Of a stretch of DNA of 64,000 nt, positions 19,182 to 29,377 are shown one piece after another (the first letter of the stretch is position 1; every line of letters begins with the position of its first letter). The position numbers and the translations under genes were made by a program. Where the stretch lies: positions 4,640,001-4,704,000 of the forward strand of contig OZ242374.1 in NCBI GenBank assembly GCA_965209055.1, given 5' to 3'. The notes beneath the pieces are model-generated. The model made no database searches. It saw nothing but the letters and a program-made list of their open reading frames with translations, and was not told the origin of the DNA. The stretch is from Acidobacteriota bacterium. GTDB lineage: Bacteria > Acidobacteriota > UBA6911 > RPQK01 > JAJDTT01.

Positions 19182-19293
19182 CTCGAGGACAGTTAAACGA
19201 CGATTCGGGATCCCCCGCCGCCGGGAATATTTCCGTGCGCCCGCCGGGGGTTCCCTGTTTGCTCTGAGCGTGCGACACCAAAAGGAGGTTCGT

Positions 19294-21609
19294 ATGCGCC
19301 AACTGATTGGAACCGCGGCCTGCCTCCATCTCGCCTGCATGGCGCCGGCGGGAGGGAAGCTGCTGGCCGCGGAAACCGAGCCCGTTGTGTTCCAAGGCCG
19401 GGTCGTGGACCCTCACGGCTATCCCATTCCGGGCGCCGAAGTGAAGGCCCTCCGATCCGGCAAACCGTTAGACGCCCGCTTCACCGATGATCGGGGCGAA
19501 TTTCGCGTCCGCCTGAAGCCCGGACGCTACTCGTTCAGGGTCCGGGTGCCTGGCTTTCAAACCTATGAACAAGCGTGGCTCCTGGGAGATCAGCCTCAGG
19601 AATTGCTCTTGCGGTTGGAGGTGGACACGACCGTCCAGCATCTGGAAGTGCGGGCGAGCGCGCCCCGGATGCAGCATGAACTGGCCATGGGAAGCGGCCG
19701 GATCGACCGGCAGGAGAGCCAGGACCTGGCCGAACTTCTCCGGGGCGAGGCGGGAACCGCCGCGGTCCGGCGAGGACCCATCAACCTGGAACCGAACATT
19801 CGGGGCCTGCAGGAAAACCAGATCGGCACCTTCGTGGACCGGACCCGAACCTTTGCCGCCGGTCCCGCGCGGATGGACTCGGACATGAGTCACGTGAGCC
19901 CCCACGCGGTCCGGTCCATTCGCGTGGTCAAGGGCCCCTACGCCCTGGGATGGGGCGCCGGAGTGCTGAGCGGAATCCAGGTGCAGACCTTTCGGCCCCC
20001 CTTCCACAGCGGCGGCGGCCGCTTTCATGGACGGTTCGGATACCGCTACGGACAGAATGCCGTCAACCAGGACGGGCACGGCCTGTTCTGGGGCGGGAAC
20101 GAATGGTTTCGGCTCCACCTGCTCTACAACCGGCGGCAGGGCAACGACTACCGGGCGGGCGACGGAAGCCGGGTCCCTGGCGACTACAGTTCGGACGACG
20201 TGCATTGGAGCCTGGGATTCAAGCTGTTGCCGGAGCTGGTGCTGGACTACGCGGGCGGCTATCAGGAACAGAATGACATCGACTATCCCGGACGAATCCT
20301 GGACGCCAGCTATTTCTACACCCGTTCCAACGCCGTGGGGTTGACCTGGAATCCGGCCGCGGGAGCCCTCTCCGAGATCCGCGGCCAGGTCTACCTGAAC
20401 TTGAAAGACCACCTGATGAACAACGAGGAGAAGCCGACGGCACGGCCCATGGCCGGACGGAAGCCTCCGTTCGGCCTGCTGGTGGACCTGCCCACGGAGT
20501 CGAACACCATCGGCGGGGACTTCTCGGCCCTGATTGAGAAGGGTCTCTGGGATTGGAGGTTCGGCCTGGACTTCTACAATTCGAATCAGACGGCCACGCG
20601 GTCCATATTCCGGCGCGCTCCCATGGTCCTCCTGTTCCGGGATGTGGTCTGGCCCGATGCCGAACTCAGCGACCAGGGATTCTACGTGCAGATGGTCCGG
20701 GAAGGGGAGCGCACCGAACTGGCGGGGACAGTCCGGATCGACCGGGTCCAGGCCGTGGCCGGCGCCGTTTCCGACTTCTTCGCCGCCAACACGCAAGGCG
20801 GACTCGACCAGGGAGAGACGCACGTCAGTGCCGCGCTGAACGGAAGATGGTCCATGGGCCGGGGCGTGTCCCTGACCGCCGGTCTGGGACGCGCGGTGCG
20901 AACCGCCACGGTTTTGGAACGCTATTCCGACCGATTCCCGGCCACCAAGTTCCAGATCGCCGCCGAGTTCATGGGCGATCCGGCCCTGAACCCGGAAGAA
21001 AGCCTGGAATTCAATCTGGGCAGCAGCCTGGTTCGGGAGACGACCCGCCTCGACCTGGACCTCTTTCACCGCGTGATCGACAACTACATCACCGTGCAGG
21101 CGGATCCCTCCCTGCAAAAACGGCTGCCTTTGAGTCCGCCGGTCGTGTTTCGCTACATCAACGGTTCACAAGCCCGCTTCCACGGAGCCGAATTGACGCT
21201 GGAACAAGAGCTGCCCCCCGTTTTCCGGCTCCGGGGATTTCTCTCCTATGTCTGGGGAATGGACGAGCTGTTCGGCGAACCGATCCTGGGACTGCCCCCG
21301 TTGCAGGGACAGGCGGCTCTGGAGCTGAGCTCGCCCGACCGTCGTTACTGGGTGGATCTGTCAGTGACGCTCGTGGCCAGTCAAAACCGGGTGGCCTCCC
21401 GGAGGTTCGAGCAGGCGACCGGCGGTTACTCCGTCGCCGATCTGAGAGGACGGGCGGCTCTCACCTCCGGATGGACGTTGAAGGCCGGGGTCGAAAACCT
21501 GGGTGATCGGCTCTACAGCAATCACCTGAACTCTCCCAATCCCTTCACCCGCCTCCGCATCCCCGAGATGGGCCGGAATTTCTACCTGGGACTGGAATAC
21601 GAGTTCTGA
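19294..21609 (+). CDS. TonB-dependent receptor, OprC/NosA-like, with N-terminal carboxypeptidase-regulatory-like domain
   Basis: AAGGAGG RBS before ATG 19294; plug motif IRVVKGPYAL, PARMD and HLMNN motifs, C-terminal GRNFYLGLEYEF. Confidence 0.85.
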   Translation: MRQLIGTAACLHLACMAPAGGKLLAAETEPVVFQGRVVDPHGYPIPGAEVKALRSGKPLDARFTDDRGEFRVRLKPGRYSFRVRVPGFQTYEQAWLLGDQPQELLLRLEVDTTVQHLEVRASAPRMQHELAMGSGRIDRQESQDLAELLRGEAGTAAVRRGPINLEPNIRGLQENQIGTFVDRTRTFAAGPARMDSDMSHVSPHAVRSIRVVKGPYALGWGAGVLSGIQVQTFRPPFHSGGGRFHGRFGYRYGQNAVNQDGHGLFWGGNEWFRLHLLYNRRQGNDYRAGDGSRVPGDYSSDDVHWSLGFKLLPELVLDYAGGYQEQNDIDYPGRILDASYFYTRSNAVGLTWNPAAGALSEIRGQVYLNLKDHLMNNEEKPTARPMAGRKPPFGLLVDLPTESNTIGGDFSALIEKGLWDWRFGLDFYNSNQTATRSIFRRAPMVLLFRDVVWPDAELSDQGFYVQMVREGERTELAGTVRIDRVQAVAGAVSDFFAANTQGGLDQGETHVSAALNGRWSMGRGVSLTAGLGRAVRTATVLERYSDRFPATKFQIAAEFMGDPALNPEESLEFNLGSSLVRETTRLDLDLFHRVIDNYITVQADPSLQKRLPLSPPVVFRYINGSQARFHGAELTLEQELPPVFRLRGFLSYVWGMDELFGEPILGLPPLQGQAALELSSPDRRYWVDLSVTLVASQNRVASRRFEQATGGYSVADLRGRAALTSGWTLKAGVENLGDRLYSNHLNSPNPFTRLRIPEMGRNFYLGLEYEF

Positions 21610-21704
21610 GGAGCGGCGACTGGAGCGGCAACTTTCCTGTCGCCGGGAGCGGCGGTTTTCTTACCGCCGATTGGGGGGATACGGAGGGACGGCAGTCCCC
21701 CCTA
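21610..21704 (+). repeat. Cluster of GGAG-footed REP-like palindromes
   Basis: GGAGCGGCAAC-TTTCCT-GTCGCCG, GGAGCGGCGGT-TTTCTT-ACCGCCG, GGAGGGAC-GGCA-GTCCC; between convergent genes. Confidence 0.75.
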
Positions 21705-21741
21705 TACGTTTTTGTTCTACGCTCTTATTCGGGTCGGGGGA

Positions 21742-21780
21742 CTAACAGTCCCGTGCTCTGTCCTGCTGAGCTTGGGGCGA
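21742..21780 (-). other. tRNA 5'-half-like sequence forming the left att arm of E2
   Basis: Minus strand reads TCGCCCC AA GCTC AGCAGGACA GAGC A CGGGA CTGTTAG; no T-arm follows. Confidence 0.7.
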
Positions 21781-21818
21781 GTGCTTTTATTGTCAAGGGT
21801 TTACGCCACTGCTCTTCT

Positions 21819-22907
21819 CTAATCATTCCCCCTATTTCCTGCCTGTTGCCTGTTTGTTGCCGGTCGCATTTGTGAGTCTTCGGTAGCCTGTGCCTTCCGA
21901 ATGCTGGCGAGTGCATGAGAACTGACGTAACCCGCGTAGCGCATGGTCGTGCTGATCGACGAGTGCCCCATCAGCTTCTGCACCGTCCTCACGTCCACCC
22001 CCTGCATCAGCCAATGGCTGCAGCGGAATCGTCTCAGGTCGTGAAATCCGACCTTCAACCCCACCCGCTCGGCGGCCCGGCGCAACGGCTTGTCCGGATT
22101 CACCCATCTCGTGCCGGTCCGGATGTTGACGAAGACGTATGGCGTGTTCAGGTAACGAACCAGCCCGACCAGGTATCCGGTGGCGTACTTCGAGAGCGGA
22201 ATCTCCCTCGGCTCGTCGTCCTTGGTGAACTCCACCCATAGCAGCCTCCGGACCAGGTCCACCCGTTTCCAGGTGAGCGACAACGCTTCGCCTTTCCGTA
22301 TCCCCGTCTCGCCGATCACCGCAACCATGGCTTGCAGGTAAGGGTTGTCCATCGCCTCGACCAGGTCGCGGAACTGTTGAACCGTCAAAGGCCGGAAGAC
22401 CTTCTTGGGTTCTTTGAGTTTGGGGAACCGAACCAGCGGGTGCGTGTCCACTTCCCCGCACTCCAGCGCGTAGGAAAACAGCTTGCTGATGGCGGCAATG
22501 TCGCGGTTCACCGTGGCCGGCTGCACTTGCTTCTTCCTCCGGGCGACGTAGCGGTACAGGTCCTTGCGTTGGAACTCCTTCAGGGGAATGTTCCCCAGCA
22601 CGGCGTTGAGGCTCTTGAACGAGAGCGCGTAGCGACGGCGGGAGCGCATGCGAGGTTTGCAATACTCCTCGAAGAAACGCTCGTAGAAGCTCCGTACCGT
22701 CCAGACGGTGCGATTCCCGCCGGCGAGCTCCTCCTTGAGCTGCTTCCAGGTGCCGTCCAGGATGCTGGACTCGATTCGTGTTTGAAGCGCCTGCGCGCTC
22801 CGGTAGTTGGGGGCGTACATTCGGAGCCGACCGGATCCGTTCGGCCAGTACTTGCTGACGACGTACCGTCGTCTCCCCCGGCGATCCTTCACCTTGTAGA
22901 TGCCCAT
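21819..22907 (-). CDS. Tyrosine recombinase / phage-type integrase of E2
   Basis: Starts MGIYKVKDRR at 22907 after AAGGAGG; full R-K-H-R-H-Y set; about 37 substitutions versus the E1 integrase by hand count. Confidence 0.95.
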   Translation of the reverse strand: MGIYKVKDRRGRRRYVVSKYWPNGSGRLRMYAPNYRSAQALQTRIESSILDGTWKQLKEELAGGNRTVWTVRSFYERFFEEYCKPRMRSRRRYALSFKSLNAVLGNIPLKEFQRKDLYRYVARRKKQVQPATVNRDIAAISKLFSYALECGEVDTHPLVRFPKLKEPKKVFRPLTVQQFRDLVEAMDNPYLQAMVAVIGETGIRKGEALSLTWKRVDLVRRLLWVEFTKDDEPREIPLSKYATGYLVGLVRYLNTPYVFVNIRTGTRWVNPDKPLRRAAERVGLKVGFHDLRRFRCSHWLMQGVDVRTVQKLMGHSSISTTMRYAGYVSSHALASIRKAQATEDSQMRPATNRQQAGNRGND

Positions 22908-22973
22908 GCATCTCCTCCTTTCTGGATCCGGGTTCTTCGCCGTGGGGCGAATCGTACCACGGCTCCAGAGAAC

Positions 22974-24050
22974 GGACCGGTGGGACCTGTCCCCCCAGAC
23001 CCCCCAGTGGCGCCAGAACCCGCGCCGGATCACCATTCCGGCGCTGAACCGGGCGCTTTTATTTGTCGCGTCCCATAAGAATGGGTCCCTCGCGCAGGAT
23101 TCCCGCCGCGTCTCTCGCAGGCTTCCCGGTCGGAGCAAATCTGTCCCCGGCCGAGGTGTCGCTTGAAACCCCCTCAGGCGGGAATTCTCGTGAGATCGTG
23201 AAAAAACAAGCCCGCCATCGGGCCTGTGTTGGCCCGCCGCAGCCGGACGAAGGGTTAGGTATAGGCCCCGGAGCGTCGTCCAGAAGCCTCCGGCGCGGCG
23301 CGGGGAAACAGGCAATTCTCAGCACGGGCGCAGCCCGTTAGGTAGTCCGTGAGATCCGGAGCTCGGGCGATCGGCAAGACGCGATCCTGCTTCCGGAACT
23401 CAGCCTGATGGTGAAGACGGCTGACGTCATCCGATCTTCGTGAGTAGAATCTGATGGAAGTGGGTCAATCGAAAGCAGGCCAAGGAGGCAAAGCAGATGC
23501 GCTCAGACCACACCCCCCCCACCATGCTCAGGATGGTCGTTGCCGTCGTCATCGGACTGATTGTGTTCGAGGTGGTGGCGGCGCTGTATCAGGTCGTCGC
23601 CGGGTTCTTTCTGGCGGCTTTCTGACGTCTTGCCGGGTTTTCGGCCCCAAGAGCAATCCAAAATCACGGCGATGGTAGCCGGTCGGGCCAAGGGTTCCAC
23701 CTCGATGGCCAGGCCGACATGGAAAGCGTCCTCGGTTCTGGCGATCCAGGGGAGAAAGTAAATTGCACCGGTGGGGCTGGGGGCTTGAGAGATCGGTGGC
23801 AACACTGAACTGGAGGCAAAACGACGCACCCTGTGGGAAATCTCTGATTTTCCACAGGGTGGGGAGGTTCGTTGAGACGAAGCTCGATCCCTCTTTGGAG
23901 AGTTCTTTGGTGGGTATGTGTCTCTTCGCATCCGGGGGGTTCGGGGGGGCTGGCCCCACCGCTACGAGCGTCAGGTTCACGGTCGGCTTGGTGTGCCGAA
24001 CGGGGTTCAGGCGCACCAGGGGGGTCTGGGGGGACAGGTCCACCCGGTCC
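22974..24050. repeat. About 48-bp imperfect inverted repeats (22974-23021 and 24002-24050) bracketing the E2 cargo slot
   Basis: GGACCGG..GGACCTGTCCCCCCAGACCCCCC...GCGCC.GAACCC present on opposite strands. Confidence 0.8.
23497..23625 (+). CDS. 42-aa hydrophobic membrane peptide (not in the ORF track)
   Basis: MRSDHTPPTMLRMVVAVVIGLIVFEVVAALYQVVAGFFLAAF; AAGGAGG RBS 8 nt upstream; CTGACG-N18-TAGAAT promoter-like sequence at 23421-23450. Confidence 0.6.
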   Translation: MRSDHTPPTMLRMVVAVVIGLIVFEVVAALYQVVAGFFLAAF

Positions 24051-24060
24051 TCGGTCTTCT

Positions 24061-24374
24061 TCCGGGCCTTCCCGCAGGGAGAATTGAGACGGGAGCGACC
24101 CCCCCAGGGGGTGTTGCGCAAATGTGAATTGCGCAACGCCCCCGCGCCCGCACCGGGCAGCAAAAAGGGGGGGTCGCTCCCGTCCACCTCCGATTTCCCC
24201 GTGCAGGCGCCGGCGTTCGGGGGTAGGGGACCGTAACTGACTGAAAGGAAAACAGATCGGGGAAAGCAGAGGTGTGAATCACCGGGACCGCCTTTTGTGA
24301 ATCCACCCCCCATGTCCCATTCACATCCCGGATCAGGCGCGAGACCCCTTGACGCACACCCGAACCGAGTCTCC
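24061..24374. other. Conserved structured non-coding block of E2
   Basis: Homologous to 11067-11380; same nested hairpins. Confidence 0.7.
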
Positions 24375-24409
24375 AAAAACCATTGCGGCACCGAGAGTGG
24401 TCATCTCGA

Positions 24410-24607
24410 TCACAACTGAGACGGAGCGATCCTCCACCCGCGGTGCGCTGCCATCCAGGAGCGCAGACCCTTGGCGGCCACATGCTCCGGATCGACACCG
24501 ACGAGGACGACCCTGTCGTCCTCGTCGGCAATCGGCAGTTTGAACGCCAAGGAGCGCCGAGTCTTCCCCACCGTGCCGTAGTACACTTGCCGGGGATGCC
24601 GATTCAT
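24410..24607 (-). CDS. Small hypothetical protein (65 aa)
   Basis: MNRHPRQVYYGTVGK...; occupies the slot held by the NucS-like gene in E1; no clear RBS. Confidence 0.35.
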   Translation of the reverse strand: MNRHPRQVYYGTVGKTRRSLAFKLPIADEDDRVVLVGVDPEHVAAKGLRSWMAAHRGWRIAPSQL

Positions 24608-24888
24608 GGGAACGTCGCGCCGTTGGAAGCCGGACACCTTCGGCCTCAGGCTGAGTCCTGCGGTGGAGCCAAACGGTCGGCAAAGCCTATCGGATAAGGT
24701 CTCTGAGCCAGGCAACGGAAGGGGGAAAACGGGCGCGGCGGCGTTCAGGAACCGATTCGGCTGCCTGTTTGTTGCCTGTTCAGTATGTCAAACATGGGGA
24801 GTCAACCACCTTACCGGTCCGGCGAAGAACCCGGTAACATATTGAAAACGTTAACGTTCGGTAGTCTTTGACTGTGAGACAGTTGGGA

Positions 24889-26244
<1,356 letters not shown>

Positions 26245-26356
26245 TCAGGGACTTGACCAGATCGGTGCGCATACCGGCCGCAAGCCGAACTGCAGTCAAC
26301 CTTGATTGGAAAGTTCCTCAACCGGGTCGGTCATCCATCTCCGGACGCGGTGACGG

Positions 26357-26683
26357 CTAGAGCTGGTTCTCGATCAGACGGGCGATGTTCTCTCGGGACG
26401 TGGCGCCAACGACCTGGTCCCTGAGTTCCCCATTCTTGAAGAGCAGCAGCGTCGGAATGCCCCGGATCCCATATTTGGCCGAAGTCTCACGATTGTCGTC
26501 GACGTTGAGCTTGACCACCTTGGCGCGACCGGCAAAGTCCTGGGCAATCTGATCGATGGTGGGGGAGAGCATCCGGCAGGGCGCGCACCAAGCCGCCCAA
26601 AAATCCACCAGCACCGGATCGCTCGCCTGTAAAACGTCCGTCTCGAAACTCTGATCTGTAACGTCCTGAACCTTGTCGCTCAT
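26357..26683 (-). CDS. trxA: Thioredoxin
   Basis: VLVDFWAAWCAPC, GIPTLLLFKNG. Confidence 0.95.
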   Translation of the reverse strand: MSDKVQDVTDQSFETDVLQASDPVLVDFWAAWCAPCRMLSPTIDQIAQDFAGRAKVVKLNVDDNRETSAKYGIRGIPTLLLFKNGELRDQVVGATSRENIARLIENQL

Positions 26684-26866
26684 CCTGTCCTCCTGAAATC
26701 TCCATCGAGCGGGCGCCCAACGCCGCCGCCGGCCCCGCTTGACCTTCAGAAACCCTTATTGACTGCCTCTGATTGCGGTGGCGCAGAACCCGGAGCGCCC
26801 ACCGCGGCACATGTTAACATAGGAGCCTGCGTTGAAAGTCGCCGCGGACTGCCCGCGGTCCCACGT

Positions 26867-27667
26867 ATGACTCCGAAATTCCCCCGGGCCAAACGTTCCC
26901 TGGGGCAACACTTCCTCCACGACGCCGGCTACTGCCGCCGGATAGTCCGGCTGGCGGCGCCGACCGGCCGGGAGACCGTCATCGAAATCGGTCCGGGCAC
27001 CGGCCAGCTCACTCGGCTCATCCTGGAACGGGCCCGCAATGTAGTCGCCATCGAGTTCGACCGGGATCTGGCGGACTATCTGAAACGCAGTCTCAGGCCC
27101 GAGTCCCTGTCGCGGCTGACCCTGATCCAATCGGACGTCCTGGATCTCGATTGGGCCGCCACCTTTCCCGAAGCTCCCGTCAAGCTGGTGGCCAACCTTC
27201 CCTATAATATCGCCACCGCCGTACTCACAAAGATGATTCCTTTCGGCCATCGGTTTCACAGCTTCACTTTCATGGTCCAGAAGGAGGTCGCCGAGCGCAT
27301 TCTGGCCCGGCCCGGTTCCAAGAGCTACGGCTATCTCACGCTGGTGCTCCAACACCGCTTTTCCCGGATTCGCGGCTTCGACGTGCCGGCCGGCGCTTTT
27401 GCCCCTCCACCCGAGGTCCGCTCCCACGCCATGCAGTTGTTCCCCCGCCCACGGCCGGCCCACCTCCCGTGCCACGACCGGTTCCTGCGGCTGATCCGGA
27501 CCGGATTCCGCCAGCGCAGGAAGACACTCAGAAACAATCTCCGGAGCGTGTTCGGACCCTGGAAGGGGCGCCTGGAACCGGCTTTCGAAGACGCCGGAAT
27601 CGAACCCCGTCAGAGGGCGGAGGAGGTGTCTTTGGAACAGTTTGTGTGTCTGGCACGCATGCTATAG
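26867..27667 (+). CDS. rsmA: 16S rRNA m6,2A dimethyltransferase
   Basis: KRSLGQHFL, IEIGPGTG, ANLPYNI, MVQKEVAER. Confidence 0.95.
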   Translation: MTPKFPRAKRSLGQHFLHDAGYCRRIVRLAAPTGRETVIEIGPGTGQLTRLILERARNVVAIEFDRDLADYLKRSLRPESLSRLTLIQSDVLDLDWAATFPEAPVKLVANLPYNIATAVLTKMIPFGHRFHSFTFMVQKEVAERILARPGSKSYGYLTLVLQHRFSRIRGFDVPAGAFAPPPEVRSHAMQLFPRPRPAHLPCHDRFLRLIRTGFRQRRKTLRNNLRSVFGPWKGRLEPAFEDAGIEPRQRAEEVSLEQFVCLARML

Positions 27668-27677
27668 TTGGCCGCCA

Positions 27678-29345
27678 ATGAGCGATCGTTTGGAAGTCAT
27701 CCCCCTGGGAGGGCTGGGCGAATTCGGGATGAACTGTGCCGCCCTCCGGGCCGGAGACGACCTGATACTGGTCGATGCCGGAATGATGATTCCAGGCCGT
27801 CGCCCGGTGACCAGCCTGGGCGTGGATCTGATGGTCCCCGACATCAGCTTCCTCCTGGAAAACCGGAGCCAGTTGCGGGGCATCGTGTTGACCCACGGCC
27901 ACGAGGACCACGCCGGGGGAGTCTCCTACATCATCGATCAGCTTCAGGTCCCGGTCTACGCCAACCGGCTGACCTTGGGCATGGTTTCGTCCCGGCTAAG
28001 GGAGCGAGGACTGGACAAAGAGGCGGACCTTCGATCGCTGGAAGCCGATCGTCCCGTGGACCTGGGGGTCTTCCGGGTGGAACCCCTCCGGGTCACCCAT
28101 TCCTTTCCCGAAAGCTTTTGTTTTGCGATTCGGACTCCCGCGGGCCGGATTGTCTGGACCGGAGACTTCAAGTTCGACCAGACCCCCATCGACGGCCACA
28201 GGAGCAACTTGGCGCGACTCGCCGAATTGGGGCAAGAGGGTGTTCTGGCGCTCTTTTCGGACAGCACCAACGCGGACGTCCCGGGTCTTTCTCCTTCCGA
28301 GTCTTCCGTTTACGAGCCCCTGGAAAACCTGTTTCGCCAGGCCGACGGCAAGATCATCCTGGCCACCTTCGCCAGCAGCATGCACCGGATCCAAATCGTC
28401 CTGGACCTGGCCCGCGAGGTGGGGCGCAAGGTGGTTCCCTTGGGGAGGAGCATGGTCTCCAACATCCGCCTGGCGTCCCGGCTGGGATATCTGAGGACCG
28501 ATTCCGAAGTCTTGGGGTCGCGGGACGATCTGGCGCGGATTCCGTCGGAACGCCTCGTCGTCCTGGCCAGCGGCACCCAGGGAGAGCCCATGTCGGCCAT
28601 GAGCCGGTTGGCCGTGGACCAGGTTTCCCAGGTTCGAATCGAGCCCGGCGATCTCGTCCTCCTTTCGTCCCGCATCATCCCCGGAAACGAGAAGGCCATC
28701 GGCCGGATGATCAGCAACTTCTACCGCAGAGGAGCCCGCGTGCTGGACTCCCGCCATGAGCCGATCCACGCTTCCGGACACGGTTACCGGGAAGACCTCA
28801 AGCTCATGATCGACCTGACGCGGCCCCGGTTCTTCATTCCCATCCATGGCGAATTCCGCCAGTTGGCGGCCCACGCCAGCCTGGCCCGGCGCCAGGGGAT
28901 CCCCCCGGACCGGGTCCATCTCCTGGAATCCGGAGAGGTCCTGGGCCTGGGTCCCGACAAGGCCGAGATCCTGGGCCGGGTGAGGGCAGGACGCCGCTTT
29001 ATCGATGAGGGCATCCGGCGGCAGGTGGATCGGGACCTCCTCAGAGACCGTCGTTTTCTGGCCACCGACGGGGTACTTGTGGTGGGACTTCGGCTGGACC
29101 GGGTGAGCTGGGAACTCATCGGGGAGCCGGAGTTGATATCCCGTGGATTCGTTCAACCGGAGGATTCCGAGGACCTGATGCGGGAAACCCGGGCCCGGAT
29201 CCGCCGTCTCGTGTCCGAAACCGGCGCCAACGGGAAACGGGACGAAGGCCTGCTGGAAGAGATGCTGCAGACCGGGTTGAAGCGTTTCCTGCGCAAACGC
29301 ACGAGGAAGAGGCCCTTGATCGTCCCGATGATGCTGGCCCTGTAG
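27678..29345 (+). CDS. rnj: Ribonuclease J
   Basis: PLGGLGEFGMN, THGHEDH, TGDFKFD, GTQGEP, HASGH, PIHGE. Confidence 0.95.
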   Translation: MSDRLEVIPLGGLGEFGMNCAALRAGDDLILVDAGMMIPGRRPVTSLGVDLMVPDISFLLENRSQLRGIVLTHGHEDHAGGVSYIIDQLQVPVYANRLTLGMVSSRLRERGLDKEADLRSLEADRPVDLGVFRVEPLRVTHSFPESFCFAIRTPAGRIVWTGDFKFDQTPIDGHRSNLARLAELGQEGVLALFSDSTNADVPGLSPSESSVYEPLENLFRQADGKIILATFASSMHRIQIVLDLAREVGRKVVPLGRSMVSNIRLASRLGYLRTDSEVLGSRDDLARIPSERLVVLASGTQGEPMSAMSRLAVDQVSQVRIEPGDLVLLSSRIIPGNEKAIGRMISNFYRRGARVLDSRHEPIHASGHGYREDLKLMIDLTRPRFFIPIHGEFRQLAAHASLARRQGIPPDRVHLLESGEVLGLGPDKAEILGRVRAGRRFIDEGIRRQVDRDLLRDRRFLATDGVLVVGLRLDRVSWELIGEPELISRGFVQPEDSEDLMRETRARIRRLVSETGANGKRDEGLLEEMLQTGLKRFLRKRTRKRPLIVPMMLAL

Positions 29346-29377
29346 CCAGGACGCATCGATCGTCGGAAGGAGTCGAC

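Noticed and set aside
22908-23315. 136-aa N-terminal extension of the E2 integrase (ORF track 21819..23315)
   Set aside because: Homology with the E1 integrase, the RBS and the -10 box all place the start at 22907; the extension runs through the inverted repeat.
24217-24230. GGGGGTAGG in a variable part of the E2 conserved block as a guide sequence for target selection
   Set aside because: It matches the E1 target rather than E2's own, is only 9 nt and G-rich, and E1 has no counterpart. No convincing RNA-guide evidence is visible.
23549-24531. ORFs crossing the conserved block (also 10842-11417, 11029-11325)
   Set aside because: Reading frames, starts and stops are not consistently preserved between E1 and E2, whereas base-pairing is; treated as non-coding.
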